A DNA stretch of 64,000 nucleotides from Felis catus (lineage: Eukaryota), in contig NC_058368.1 in the NCBI RefSeq assembly GCF_018350175.1, positions 72,480,001 through 72,544,000 on the forward strand. Reading direction: 5' to 3'. The notes beneath the pieces were generated by a model that searched no databases, had not been told where the DNA came from, and was given only the letters and a program-made list of their open reading frames with translations. The translations under genes were made by a program, and so were the position numbers. Shown here in pieces: positions 24,582-37,134 of this stretch. The stretch's first letter is position 1, and each line of letters opens with the position of its first letter.

Positions 24582-24643
24582 TTTTAAAATAATGGAAATT
24601 AGTTTTAAAGTAATGGAAATTAGTTTTAACATAATGGAAATTA
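24582..24643. repeat. 21-bp tandem repeat, about 3 copies (TTTTAANNTAATGGAAATTAG)
   Basis: Units at 24582, 24603 and 24624. Confidence 0.9.
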
Positions 24644-24914
24644 AATACAACTTTTCTGCACTTGATGAGAGCTTACAGATTACTCCTTGTTGTAATATAA
24701 TGTGGATACATTGTTCTAATTGCTGTATACTGTGTTAAGGTATTTTGAGCAAGCATAATATACATCTTTATTCCCTTATTTAATCCATTATTCTACTTAA
24801 ATGGCCCATGAACACAATTACAAGATTTTAATATTATGGCCTGAAATTTTTTTCTATTTCTGCATTGTAATTCAACGTTGTAATTCTGGATGTACATCAT
24901 TATCCAGAATAAAT

Positions 24915-25046
24915 AAGTAGATCCAAGTTTTGCAGGGCCTAAATTTTGGGAGCCTTTCATAATAAAATGAATGCAAACTTACAAGTACAAAATTAGTTAA
25001 GGTGAGTATTTAGGATGAAAAGGAAATCAATATACACTTTTTTTTA

Positions 25047-25078
<32 letters not shown>

Positions 25079-25797
25079 TCTGTTCGCTCATGCAGGAGAG
25101 TAAGGGGGGGTGGAGGGAGAGGGAGAGGGAGAATCTTAAACAGTGTCCACACCCAGTACAGAGACCATCGCAGGGCTCGATGTCACAATAGTGAGATCAT
25201 GTGTCCAATGCTTAACCTACTGAGCCACCCAGGTGCCCTCAACATACACTTTTAAAAGCAGATAAATACCACAAAAATTATGAAATCCAGAATATTATGT
25301 AATTAGAATTTTATGTGTCTGTTGTAAATGGCTCTGTGTATTTCAAAACCTGTTTCTTTTCAACTTCCCAAATTTGGGTTGGGCTTCATAGAAAACATTC
25401 AATATTATGACTTGGTTTCTGGTCTCACATTGTCATGAGGCAGTATTTACTTCAGGAGTATTCTAGAAGCCATTCCTATACAGCCAAAAAGCCATAAAAG
25501 TGGCTATACCCCACTAATCCAAAAGTAAACGTATCCTCAATTCAACTTCTGTCTGGCCAGATCCCCAAGATGCCCAGAGCTATTCCATTGTCACTTGACA
25601 TGAGCAGAAGTATGGCTAAGTGGAGGTTGGAACAGAGAGTGTAGTCTTCATTAAGTTAAAATTTCTTATTTGGGGAAATTTTCCAAAATATCTATCACCT
25701 ATTGCCAGGGTGCTCCCTAGCACTGTGGAAGGGACCCCCACAAATAAAAAAAATTGTGGATTAATTGCCACTCAACTCCATGGCCAACGTGCCTCTG
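24915..25797. mobile_element. Old hAT-type DNA element (MER96B-like), interrupted by a SINE
   Basis: GATCCAAGTTTTGCAGGGCCT...TACAAAATTAG...GATAAATACCACAAA...AAATCCAGAA and a GCCTCTG end. Confidence 0.5.
25038..25238 (-). mobile_element. CanSINE with (GA)n
   Basis: TSD CAA(T/C)ATACACTTTT. Confidence 0.88.
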
Positions 25798-27711
25798 ACT
25801 CTTGATGGTCGACACTGAAGAACTGTACTTGGGGTTGTAGCCAAAGTAGAAAACAAACAGTGAGTTTCTACATCCTCTCATTGATTTTGTGTGCTTTCCT
25901 CTCCAAAAGAATCATTTGCTAAGGTGGCACACTGGCTGTGGCTTCAGCCTTTCTCCAGATCACTATCAAGGCAAAATCTGTTGTAACTATTTATGATGCT
26001 CCCCCCAAGGATGCTTGGCACTTTGTGGCCTGGCAGCTGTCCGTATCATGATGTTGATACGAACATTCTTCTGAACTATCAGCAGGGAAGTATCTGCTTA
26101 GATAGACAGTTCTGTGTATGTGAGTGCCTCCAGCCCAGGCATCTTTCCATTCCCTGGGCATGTGTGGAATTAGAAGTATTTGTCACATTATCAGCTTCCA
26201 AATACATTAAAAAAAAACAACAAAAAAAACAAAAACCAAAACCTGGAAGTGGATAGCCTGGGGCCTCAGTGTTTCTATTTCTGTTTGTCATCCAGAATAC
26301 GTCACTTCTCACCTGAACCCCTTGCACACATCAAATGCAAAATGTAATAATTTAATCATGACCTTGAGTCCTAGTTTCATACTCCATAAAGAGCTAGATT
26401 TTGTGTGATAGAAATTCAGAGTCAGAGCCCTCCTGACTATTTTTTCCTCACTTAAAAAGAGATAAGGAAGCCAATCCACCCCAGATTGATGCTAAGCCTA
26501 AAATGAGCTTTGCATACTCATTGAAAAGTGTTCCCACACTGTACAGTCTTTATTCCATCCTTTTAAATGTGCTTGTCCATCTCTTCACAAGACTTTGGAG
26601 ACGGGGGATTTTCAGAGTCTTAATGATGATATGAAGATGAACAAAAAGAAAGCTTTCTCAGAACTTTTTTTACCCTCTGCGACATCTCTCCGGGAAAAAG
26701 CAGACCTTTAGTTTAGTCAAAAGGGAATAAGACTGTTGGCAATGACAAATTAAGGTTTCAGGGGATAATTGAAACAAGGAAGTGGGAAAGTTGGGTGGAC
26801 TATCCCTAAAGCTAGAATCAGACAAGGAAATAAAGCAGAGACAGCACAGATTTAAGTGAAGATGTGCGCTCTCAGGTCAAGTGCCTACGCCGGTTGGGAG
26901 CAAAGAGATAGAACAAAAAGAAATGAGAGGAAATGCTTTAATAGATTGAAGACAGTGGTGTGTATATATATGCAGGGCTTTTGCAAGCTGAGGATATGCT
27001 TTTTATTTCTTTTGCCGGCACAGAGCCCAGGAATGTACTAGAGGCTTATGTGTTGAGTGAATTAACCTTTCCCCATATGAGAAAATCTGTATGATTAAGC
27101 TTTGGTTCTTATGCAGTGCTTCTAACACTAGATTGGAGATTTAGTGGGTGACAGTAGTTAACATTTAATAAATATTTTCTATGTGTGAGGTACTGTGCTA
27201 AGTGATATATCTCATTTAATATTCTCATGACCTCGTGTGTAACGGTGGTATCATGATTATCCCTACACCGCTAAACAGCATCTGTCTCTCTTTCTCTGTC
27301 TATATAAATTCTCTTGTTTCTGTTCGCATGGATATTATTCTAGTCCGAGTTCTTGGGTGTGTCCTCTCTGCCGAGGACATCCACCGACACATTGTAAGCT
27401 AGGGCAAATCAAACCTCACATGTAGATGTAGTTACATTTTTTGTGTCACATCTACACCTGTGTACACATTCATTTCTGCATTTACACTACCGTAATATAA
27501 TTTTTTGTTTATGTTCTCTTCTGTTGTTGGCTCCAGGAGTAGTGGTGTTTTTCTTTGTATTTCTAGAATCTAGCATCAATCAAGTACCTGACTGAGCATA
27601 AAGAGCAGTGATTAACTGTGCAGTACATGACTAAATGAGTGCCCCAGATGAATCCACTGTTTCTTCTTCTAAGTAAATGATCATGTGCAACCAATTAAAG
27701 AACTGATTCTT

Positions 27712-27934
27712 GGGGCGCCTGGATGGCGCAGTCGGTTAAGCGTCCGGCTTCAGCTAGGTCACGATCTCGCGGTCCGTGAGTTCGAGCCCCGCGTCGGGCT
27801 CTGGGCTGACGGCTCGGAGCCTGGAGCCTGTTTCCGATTCTGTGTCTCCCTCTCTCTCTGCCCCTCCCCCGTTCATGCTCTGTCTCTCTCTGTCCCCAAA
27901 ATAAATAAACTTTGAAAAAAAATTAAAAAAAAAA
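27712..27934 (+). mobile_element. Very young CanSINE (SINEC_Fc-type)
   Basis: Perfect TSD AAAGAACTGATTCTT at 27697-27711 and 27935-27949. Confidence 0.95.
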
Positions 27935-29289
27935 AAAGAACTGATTCTTAGCATGGTTCCTAGGTACCTATAAACCTAGGAGGGGAAAACCTTTATTTCA
28001 GTGGATAGAGAACCTCCTTCCTGTGGGCCTAGTTCTGAATTCTGTCACAGTGATCTGGAAGGGAAAAGGAAAACTGAGTCCAGAATGAGGTTGGGGTGTG
28101 TGTATATGTGTGTGTATTTTCCTGTACTGGTGATCAGTTGGTGATCATATGGGAATCAGTGATAATATGGGAATTTTCTACTATTTATGCTTTTTATTCT
28201 CTAACTGGGAGATTATATTTTTACAGAGAGATGAAAAAAATTTTAATTCATTAATAATATGTAATTTCCATAAATCACTGACATTTGATAACATTAATGA
28301 AGATGGGATTTTATTCTCTATTTAAATTGTGCGTTTTAATTTTTTCTGTTAAAAATAATTCACCACAAATTTGAAGAAAACTTTAAATATGAAAACAGTA
28401 ATGCAACCTATTATTTATTACTTTAGCTTGATCCTGTGATAGAGTGATCCAATATTTAGTATATGATCAGCAACCTGTAAGAAATTTTTAGAGGTTACAT
28501 CTTCTGTTTTCTTAGGGAGATAACTTTTCTCTATAAGGCAAAAAGTTTGTTAAATGAATCAAGTCTCATATTTTCTTATTCTGAAATGTTTTTCTTATTT
28601 CAATGCAAATCCCTAATATGTAATTCTTTTTTATTTCTCATTCCACATAGAGAAACACTATGTCATTATCTTAAGAAGAGGCATATAAATACATTTAGTT
28701 ACTCCTACGTGTATGGTTCTGTATAAATTCCTGACAAAATTATAAAACCCAGGTCTCCAGCTGACTTTCATCTGAGGACAGATAATGAAGTTCATCCATG
28801 AGTCACTGTAGTTCCAAAGATGTAAAGAAATCTCTTGCAATCACATGTAACCTTCATATAGTATGGACTTAAGGGGAAATGCAAGATTTAAAAATGGACA
28901 GTTAACAGAAGAACCTTCTCTTTCACCTTGGATGAGATCATCAGGGCAGTCTGGCTAATAGTCTTTTGATAGAGCATTTTAAAAGAATGAAATAGTGTTT
29001 TCTGAATATACACTTTAGCCTTTTGAGCCTGCTTTAAATCTCATTTCAAAATACCCCATAAAATAAAGGAACAAATTTATAACTATTCCATTAGACTGGT
29101 TAAACATGCCCCTCTGCAGTCTGGTTAGAAGAGCAATGTATACAGGCCCTTGCTTTCGTTCAGAGTAGTGATTTGTGCAGGGTGTTCTGGGACCCCGGGG
29201 TTCTTAGGTCACTTTGGAGAGAGAAAAATCCGGGTCTGTTGCACTTTGCTCACCGCTACCCCTTGCTTCTGCCAGACAGATTTCACTGT

Positions 29290-29511
29290 TTAAAAAAAAT
29301 TTTTAACGTTTATTTATTATTGAGAGACTGAGACACACAGAGTGTGAGCAGGGGAAGGTAGAGAGAGATGGGGAGACACAGAATCTGAAGCAGGCTCCAG
29401 GCTCTGAGCTGTCAGCACAGAGCCTGACGCGGGGCTCGAACTCACAGACCGCGAGATCATGACCTGAGCCAAAGTCGGACGCTCAACCAACTGCGCCACC
29501 CAGGCGCCCCC
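29290..29511 (-). mobile_element. CanSINE
   Basis: Full antisense body ending CCAGGCGCCCC; TTTCACT on both flanks. Confidence 0.92.
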
Positions 29512-30978
29512 ACGTTTCACTTATTTATGTTTTATTTAGCAAGGATCTTTTCATGATTTCATTTGGAATACAATGTTTCTGCTGGTTGCTTGTTGTTATT
29601 GTGGTTCAAATGTGAAAACCTTTGGTTTCGTGAAAAGCAAGCACCATTGCTTCCAGAGTCACCTCTTCCCTCTGAGCAAACATTTATATTCTATGCTCCA
29701 ATAACTACAACACTTTTAATTTTCCCTGCTCTGAGACTTTAAGCGTCCACCTGAAAGCATTTAAAAATAGCCTGTCACTCCAAAAGGAAGTAAGTGTCCG
29801 AGGCAGGGAGGTGGGTTCAGGCAGGGTTCAGGATCCCAGGTTTACCTGTGGTTGGTCATAGATGGAGAACAACAGAAAAGCCGAGGTAGAATAACACCAA
29901 AGGGAGAAGAATCAGCAGTTATACCTTCTCTTTGTCCAGTGCTGACACCTGGCTCACAGACACTCTGCATTTTATTCCTGTTACATCATTGACTTCACTG
30001 AGAACTAGGCGGGAGAGCTGAGCATCAAGGATTTCCTCTCGCCTCAGATCCTGGTTGCTACTAAGAGCTGGAACCACCCACAGATTCCCTTTGTTGATAA
30101 GTGGTTCAGGAAGGTAAGGGAAACCCTCCCCATCAGTAGGCTGCAAATGAACGGAACTGCAGCCCCGTTTACAATGTGTCTAACATTTACCCTTGCTTTT
30201 GCAGGGGGTGGAAAAGGTATTTTTTCTAGTAATAAAGTGCAATCTGTGAATCCTGCCATGTACCAAATTAAAAGAGCTTCTGCCGGTACAGCAGTCCGGG
30301 GAGAGAAGAAGCAGGTAATTATTCAGAGATAACGCTTCTGCAACAGAATATTGTCACCGCATAATGGTCCCCTGCTGATAGATAAATGTAGAGGCAAAGG
30401 CAGTGTACTTATTTTTTAAAGCAAGAGACATTTTTTCGGTGACACAATTGCAGCCCTTGTGATTACCTTTCCTGTTTTACCAAATGAATAGTTGTAGGGT
30501 TTAATCATCATGCTTCACGGAGGGCTGGTGTCACAAAGTGACAGTGGTGAGCCCAGTGACAATAACCTGCTGTGTGCAGATTGACTTGGTAAACACTCTT
30601 GGCACAGACTTTAGCTGCCGAAGAGCTACTTTGTTATAAATGGGTAGATTCCTGATTATTAGTTATATTCCTGCCAGTTAAGACTTAATATGTCTTTCCT
30701 TTGTCAATGAAAAGTCAGCTAGCCTGTAACATACAAGATGATAGTTTTAATTTGATTTCAGGGAATGACTTTGTTTCACCTGTAGGTTGAAGGTTCCATG
30801 TAGTAGCTAGATAGTTCTAAAACTGCCCCGTAACGGTCATCTGGTTCAACTGTGTATTTTATATCCAGTGATAGTAATAGCCAGTTTTTATTGAGCAGTT
30901 AAAATATGTTAAACACTATCCTAGGAATTTCACATAATTTTTACATTACTCCTGTAACATTTACAAATCTGTGAAGTA

Positions 30979-31192
30979 TTTTTTTTAAGTTTGTTTATTT
31001 TGAGAGAGAGAGAGCGCCTGCATGAGCACATGAGCAGAGGGGGTGGAGAGAGGGAGAAAGAGAGAATCCCAAGCAGGCTCTGTGTTGTCAGCTCAGAGCT
31101 GACATGGGGCTCGAGCCCACAAACCATGAGATCATGACCTGAGCCCAAACCAACAGTCAGATGCTTAACCAGCCAAGCCACCCAAGCACCCC
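30979..31192 (-). mobile_element. CanSINE inserted in a MIR fragment
   Basis: TSD CAAATCTGTG(AA/CT)GTATTT; MIR-like sequence at 30870-30978. Confidence 0.9.
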
Positions 31193-31229
31193 CAAATCTG
31201 TGCTGTATTTTATTCAGGTCAGACATAGG

Positions 31230-31680
31230 AGAAGGTTGGTGATGTGGTCAGAGATGGGATAGGAAGTAGGTGCTGCTAGGTCTTGTTAAGGATTTTTCGC
31301 TTTTACTTTGAGTTACCTGAGAAGTCATTTAAAGGTTGAGAGCGTAAGTGCTGTGAATAATTAGTTCTAGCAGACCGTTCTGGCGATTGTGTAGACAAAA
31401 CACAAAAGTGGTCAAGGGAGGAGAAAGTTGTAAATTAGGAATCATGCAGTATTCCAGGCCACAGGTGACTGTGGCTTGAACTAAGTTTGTGGCATTTTGG
31501 GTGAAGAGAGTGTGTCGGGTTCTAGATTTTTCTTCTGAAAATAATAGGATTTCCTGACAGAACATATAGGGAATATGAAATAAAGAAAGAGATCACAAAT
31601 GGATCAATACTTCAATCTAAGGCCTTAAGCAAATGGAAAATGGAGTTGTAATTAACTGAAAAAACAAGAAACCCCCAAAA
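31230..31680 (-). mobile_element. L2 fragment
   Basis: AGGTCTTGTTAAGGATTTT...TTTTACTTTGAG...ATTCCAGGC...GTGGCTTGAACTA...GGATTTCCTGA. Confidence 0.65.
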
Positions 31681-33039
31681 CATGCAGTAATTATTCTCGA
31701 TTTACCCAGGAAGAAATTAGAACTCAGGGGAATCCGTTTTCCATTGTGGAGATAGTATTTCAACTCATCCTTTTGAACAGACCTTGAAGAAACATAATAT
31801 TGCATGGTTTCAGATATCATACACTGAAAGCAGCGAGTGCAAAGCCTGTAAAATAAGCCTAATTATTTTTGTATTTCTTAATATTACTTTTATTGTTAAC
31901 TTTAATTATTTGAACACTCGGTAGAAATGAAACTGATCTATCAGGCTCTATGACGCTTGTCAACTTTAATATCACTATCCTAATAAAGTAAATCTGAGCT
32001 GGAGTATTCAGTGAAATAACCACAAACTGAAACTTTGAAAACAGGTAGAAATGAATGGATATCAATTTCTGATGACAGTTGTCTAGAAAGGGAGTGTGGA
32101 GGTCATAGCGTGCCCACATGCCTGGCATAAGCAGTTTCCTAGAATTGAGACATTCAGTGATGATTGGCAGTAGTTGGATAACAGGTTCCAGGTAAAAACA
32201 CTATATAAAATGTCCACATTAAAAAAAATTCAAAATAGCAAATATCTATCAATTTATTATATGCAAAAAAATAAATTTCATCTAAACCTTCTTCATAAAC
32301 CGTGTCCACAAATTGTTCAGAAACTTTTTTTTTGCTGTTTTAAAATATGCGTCACTATGACCCATACAATTTTATGACCTTTCCCATAATCCTTAATCTC
32401 TTAAGCATTTGGAAAATGGCACTATAATTTCATGGCCCAAGAAAAGATTAGCAGAGTTCTGGGGGCATTTCAATAAAAAAAAATGTAATTATAAATGAAT
32501 AACAATTTTCTCCAAAATAAGCAGCTTACCATAAAAGTTAATTCACATTGATTGGTGTTAGTACCTGCGTCACAGTCCTTTTGAAGAGTCAGTCACATCT
32601 CTCACCCAGCTTAAAAAGTACCATCTACTCCAGGAAACTTGGAACTTTTCTCCTGACTTTGACTGCATTGATTTTTGCTTCGCCTGATAGTCTTTTGCAG
32701 GTACCATAACTTTCTTGTGTTTCATTGCTTCGTAAAGACAATTTAAACACAAATGTAGGATTTGAATTTAAATTAAAATCCAATTGCACACATTCTTAAT
32801 GAAGTTACTAATCCAGTTAGGAAGATCTTAATCAGTAGGCATTTTCCATTGATGTCCACTTGCCGATTCTCCAGCAATGAAAATACATCATTTTTCTTTT
32901 AAGAAACCATTTTAAGACTCATCCTACATGCTAATTTCAGAAACCTTAAAATATGAAAAAAAATTTTTAGAATCAAGTAGGGCTTGGCTACTTAAATGCT
33001 TTCCAATTATCATCCCAGTTGTTCGATATAAAGCACATG

Positions 33040-33205
33040 GAGTATCTTGAAAATCATCCTGGAATAAGAGACAAGATCTGGGTTGATGCCCTGCTTCGGC
33101 CATGTTTAGGCTGTGTGACTTTGCAGAGGTCACTGAACCTTTCTGAATCTCTTTTATCTTGTCTCCAAATAAGGATAAAAGTCTTACTAGGATTAAATGA
33201 GGCTG
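33040..33205 (+). mobile_element. MIR
   Basis: AGATCTGGGTT...GCTGTGTGACTTTGCAGAGGTCACTGAACCTTTCTGA...GGATTAAATGAG. Confidence 0.7.
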
Positions 33206-33439
33206 AAGTGGTGGAGTTTTCTCTTCTGTTTCACTAATCTCTCTGACAGGTTGTATGTTTTACTTTCTCGAGCTTCTCAAAGTCTAGTCTGAATTGTAGG
33301 AATTCTCTTTCATTTCCATTTGGCTTTGTTCATTTCTTCTAGCTTTATGGTATTATGATCACAGAATAGAGCTTATAGAAACCCTGTTTGGGAATATTAT
33401 GTTTTGGGAATATTATGATTTTTATGTGATGTAGTGTAA

Positions 33440-33441
<2 letters not shown>

Positions 33442-33478
<37 letters not shown>
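33442..33478. repeat. (AT)~18 microsatellite
   Basis: Read directly from sequence. Confidence 0.95.
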
Positions 33479-33482
<4 letters not shown>

Positions 33483-33515
33483 CAGTTTGGGTAAACATTC
33501 TATGGATGGTTTAAA

Positions 33516-33729
33516 TTCTATTTAATGTTTATTTATTTTTGAGAGAGAGACAGAGACAGAGCACAAGCAGGGGAGGGCCAGAGAGAGAGGGAGGACCAGA
33601 ATCTGAAACAGGCTCCAGGCTCTGAGCTGTCAGCACAGAGCCTGACGAGGGGCTCAAACCCATGGATCATGAGATCATGACCTGAGCCTAAGTCAGACAC
33701 TCAGGTGGTTGAGCCACCCAGGCACCCCC
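33516..33729 (-). mobile_element. CanSINE
   Basis: Full antisense body; degenerate TSD CTATGG....TTTAAA. Confidence 0.9.
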
Positions 33730-34575
33730 TATGGGTACTTTAAAGAAAAGTAAGATATTTAATAAATTAGCCCTATTGATTATTTTGTCCAGATCTTATT
33801 TGATCCTATTTAATCTACCCAACATGGAAATAAAAATACTAAAAGTTCCCATACCAATAATCAATTTCTCATTTTGTTTCTAGCAGCTTTTATGTCACAT
33901 GTATTGGTAATGAATGACATGGACCAAAAATTCATGGCTTTACAGTAATCATGAACGTTGAAACGTTAAAAGAAGAAAATCATGGTCTTCTTGTTTAGTT
34001 GTTTTGTATTAAATTCTACTGGGTCTGAATTATATTTTACCATCTGCCATTTTTCCTATGTACTCGGTAAATGTTTGCCAATGCTTTTCCTTATATTCTT
34101 CATTCTTTTGAGTCAGATTTGCCCCTTGCGAGCATCACACTCTTGGATTAATTATTTTGTTTTTTTAAATCTAATATGTAAGTCTCCTCAATAGGAGGGT
34201 GGAATTAAGCTATCTGAGTTAATTATCCTCACTGGTACATTTGATTTGAATCCTGTCAGCTTGTTTTATCTTTTCTTCATGTCAGTTTTTAGTTTCTGTG
34301 TTTTGTTTCCATTCCTGTATGAAACACACTTTATAGGTTTCAGTTTCAATGCTTTGCAAGTAACTAGATTTGTTTTTATTTCTCCTAATGGTTATTTTCT
34401 ATTAATTTAGAAACATTGTCAGTGTTAATTCTGATAAGGGTCTCAAATTAAATGGCATCATTTGTCCATCTATTTAAAATGGAAAATTTAGAACCTTTTT
34501 ATTTTCCTCTTGTCTTTACTCTCTAGAAATTATTAATGTACCTTTGGATTTTAGAACTAGGTAAATAAAATTAAA

Positions 34576-35527
34576 TTATTAGTGTATAGAAATGCAACTG
34601 ATTTCTCTATACTGATTTTGTACCCTATGACTACTGAGTTCATTTAGCAGTTCTAGTAGTTTTTCGGTAGAGTCTTTAGGGTTTTCTATATATAGTATCA
34701 GGTCATCTGCAAATAGTGAAAGTTTTACTTCTTCCTTACCAATTTGGATACCCTTCCTTCCTTCCTTCCTTCCTTCCTTCCTTCCTTCCTTCTTTCCTTC
34801 CTTCCTTCCTTCTTTCCATCCTTCCTTCCTTCCTTCCTTCCTTCCTTCCTTCCTTCCTTTGTCTGATTGCTGTGGCTAGGACTTCCAGTATGATGTTGAA
34901 TAAAAGTGATGAGAAAGGACAACCTTGTCTTGTTCCTGATCTTAGGGGGAAAGCTTTCAATTTTTCACGACTGAGTATGATGTTAGCTATGGGTTTTTCA
35001 TATATGGCCTTTATTATATTCAGGTATGTTGCCTCTAAACCTACTTTGTTGAGGATTTTTATCATGAATGGATGTTGTACTTTGTTAAATGCTTTCTCTG
35101 CATCTATTGAAATGACCACATGGTTTTTATCCTTTCTCTTGTTGATGTGATGTATCATGTTGATTAATTTGCGAATGTTGAACCACCTTTGCATCCCAGG
35201 AATAAATCCCACTTGATTTGGTTTGCTAATATTTTGTTGAGGCTTTTTGCATCTGTGTTCATCAGATATTGGCCTGTAGTTCCTTCTTCTTCTTCTTCTT
35301 TTTTTTTTTTTTTTGTATTTGTCTCTATCTGGTTTTTGATATCAGGGTAATGCTGGCCTCTTGGAATGAATTAGGTTTCCTTCCTCATCTATTTTTGGGA
35401 ATAGTTTGATGAGAATAGGTACTAAATATTCTTTAAATGTGTGGTAGAATTCACCTGTGAAGCCATCTGGTCCTGGACTTTTGTTTGTTGGGCGTTTTTT
35501 TGATTACTGATTCAATTTCATTGCCAA
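34576..35527 (-). mobile_element. Internal LINE-1 ORF2 (reverse transcriptase) fragment
   Basis: ORF 34736-35212 encodes [14 protein letters not shown]...[17 protein letters not shown]...GTRQGCP...[15 protein letters not shown], classic L1 RT motifs. Confidence 0.93.
34752..34858. repeat. (CCTT)n tetranucleotide microsatellite
   Basis: About 26 units with a few interruptions. Confidence 0.95.
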
Positions 35528-36187
35528 TCTAAGATTATTTTTTCTGTTGCCCCAAACCTGAAGATTAGTTTACCTTTGTTAATCAATATCTTGAATGATA
35601 ATATTTCATCTCTAAATATATTATTTTATTTTCATGTATTAGTTGTAAAATACCTGATCCTTTGTAGGTGATCTTCATTTATTTCCCATCTATATATGTA
35701 AATTCTTCCATTATGTGAATCTTTTTTAAGTGGTCTTTCCGTGGATCATGGTAAATGGGTCTTAGCTTCATCTTGAGACCCAGTTTTAAATGCAATATGT
35801 GTTTTTCAGTGATTTCTTCAATTGCACTTCTGGTACTGCTGTGCCTGACTATTCCTGGGGAAGACCCAAGCTTGTTGGACGGGTACTTCTACATTTAGCA
35901 GAATTTAGTATCATAAAGATGTTTTATCTTCTTTGCTTCACTGCCTTTCTCACCCTGTTGCCTGCCTCTTAATCTCATTTGGCTTTCCTGTGTGGCTTTT
36001 CTTTTTTTAATTGAAGCTATATCTTTTTTTTTGCCATCAATAAAGACAAAACATCTCCTTTTAGGGCTAAAACGCTATTTAGAAGCATGTGTTTTCTTGA
36101 TTTGATTTGTCACTTTGCTTGTTTTGTGGTTATTCTTCCCTCCCTACATTGATTACTCTGTCTTCTTCTTAGAAATACCCAATGCCC

Positions 36188-36289
36188 AGGGCTCCAGGGT
36201 GGCTCAGTGGGTTAAGCATCTGACTTCAGTTCAGGACAGCTCAGAGCCTGGAGCTTGCTTCAGATTCTGTGTCTCCCTCTTTCTCTCCC

Positions 36290-36339
<50 letters not shown>

Positions 36340-36386
36340 TCTCTCAAAAATGAATTAAAAAACGTTAAAAAAAACTTAAAAGAAAA
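36188..36386 (+). mobile_element. CanSINE with a ~50-bp internal deletion
   Basis: TSD AGAAATACCCAATGC at 36171-36185 and 36387-36401. Confidence 0.9.
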
Positions 36387-37134
36387 AGAAATACCCAATG
36401 CTCATCAGGTTGTTAAAGTCACTAATGCAATTCCATAGTAGGAAAACTCTTTCACTCTGCCTAACCCAACATCTCCTAAAATTAATTGATCCTGGAACTT
36501 TCTTTCATGAAACAGTTCACAGAGTTAGTGTTTCATGAAATTATAGTTGACCACAAATAGCTACAAATATGCCATTTTATAATTTGCAAATATTATGAGA
36601 AATCCTGTGGCCACTATAATTACCCACTGCTACTCATTTCCCTGCAAGGACAATTCATTATAATTTTATATTTAGTTATGATTTCTTTACAAATGAAAAT
36701 AAATGGTGATGCACAGCTTCTCATTGTTTTTTTCTTATTGTGTGAAAATAATATGTAGATGTTAAGTATGTATCTTATAATTCATTTAATGAGGTTTTTA
36801 CAGACACATTTCAGACACCCACATAGAGAAACCGCTAAAGAAAATTGCAAGCATTCATCACGCGTGTTGTATTATCATAAGTCACATTGAAATATTGCAA
36901 GGGAGTGCTAAAAGGTGTCAAAATTAACTGATTTCAGGCTGTGAACTCATGGTTGTGCCTATATTTGTCAGTCAGACAACTCTGTATGTGGAGAGGGAGT
37001 GTTGCAAAGTGTCAGTTGACTTAATTTGTATGTATCAAAAAACACGCTGTATTATTTTGTAACTACATACACTGTGAAAGAGGTTTACGCAAAAACAAAC
37101 AAAAAATAAGAGTGAAGAGAGTCTCCACAACTAC

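Noticed and set aside
34716..35212. 144-aa and 158-aa ORFs as genes
   Set aside because: L1 ORF2 remnant and its antisense frame, extended by a stop-free (CCTT)n.
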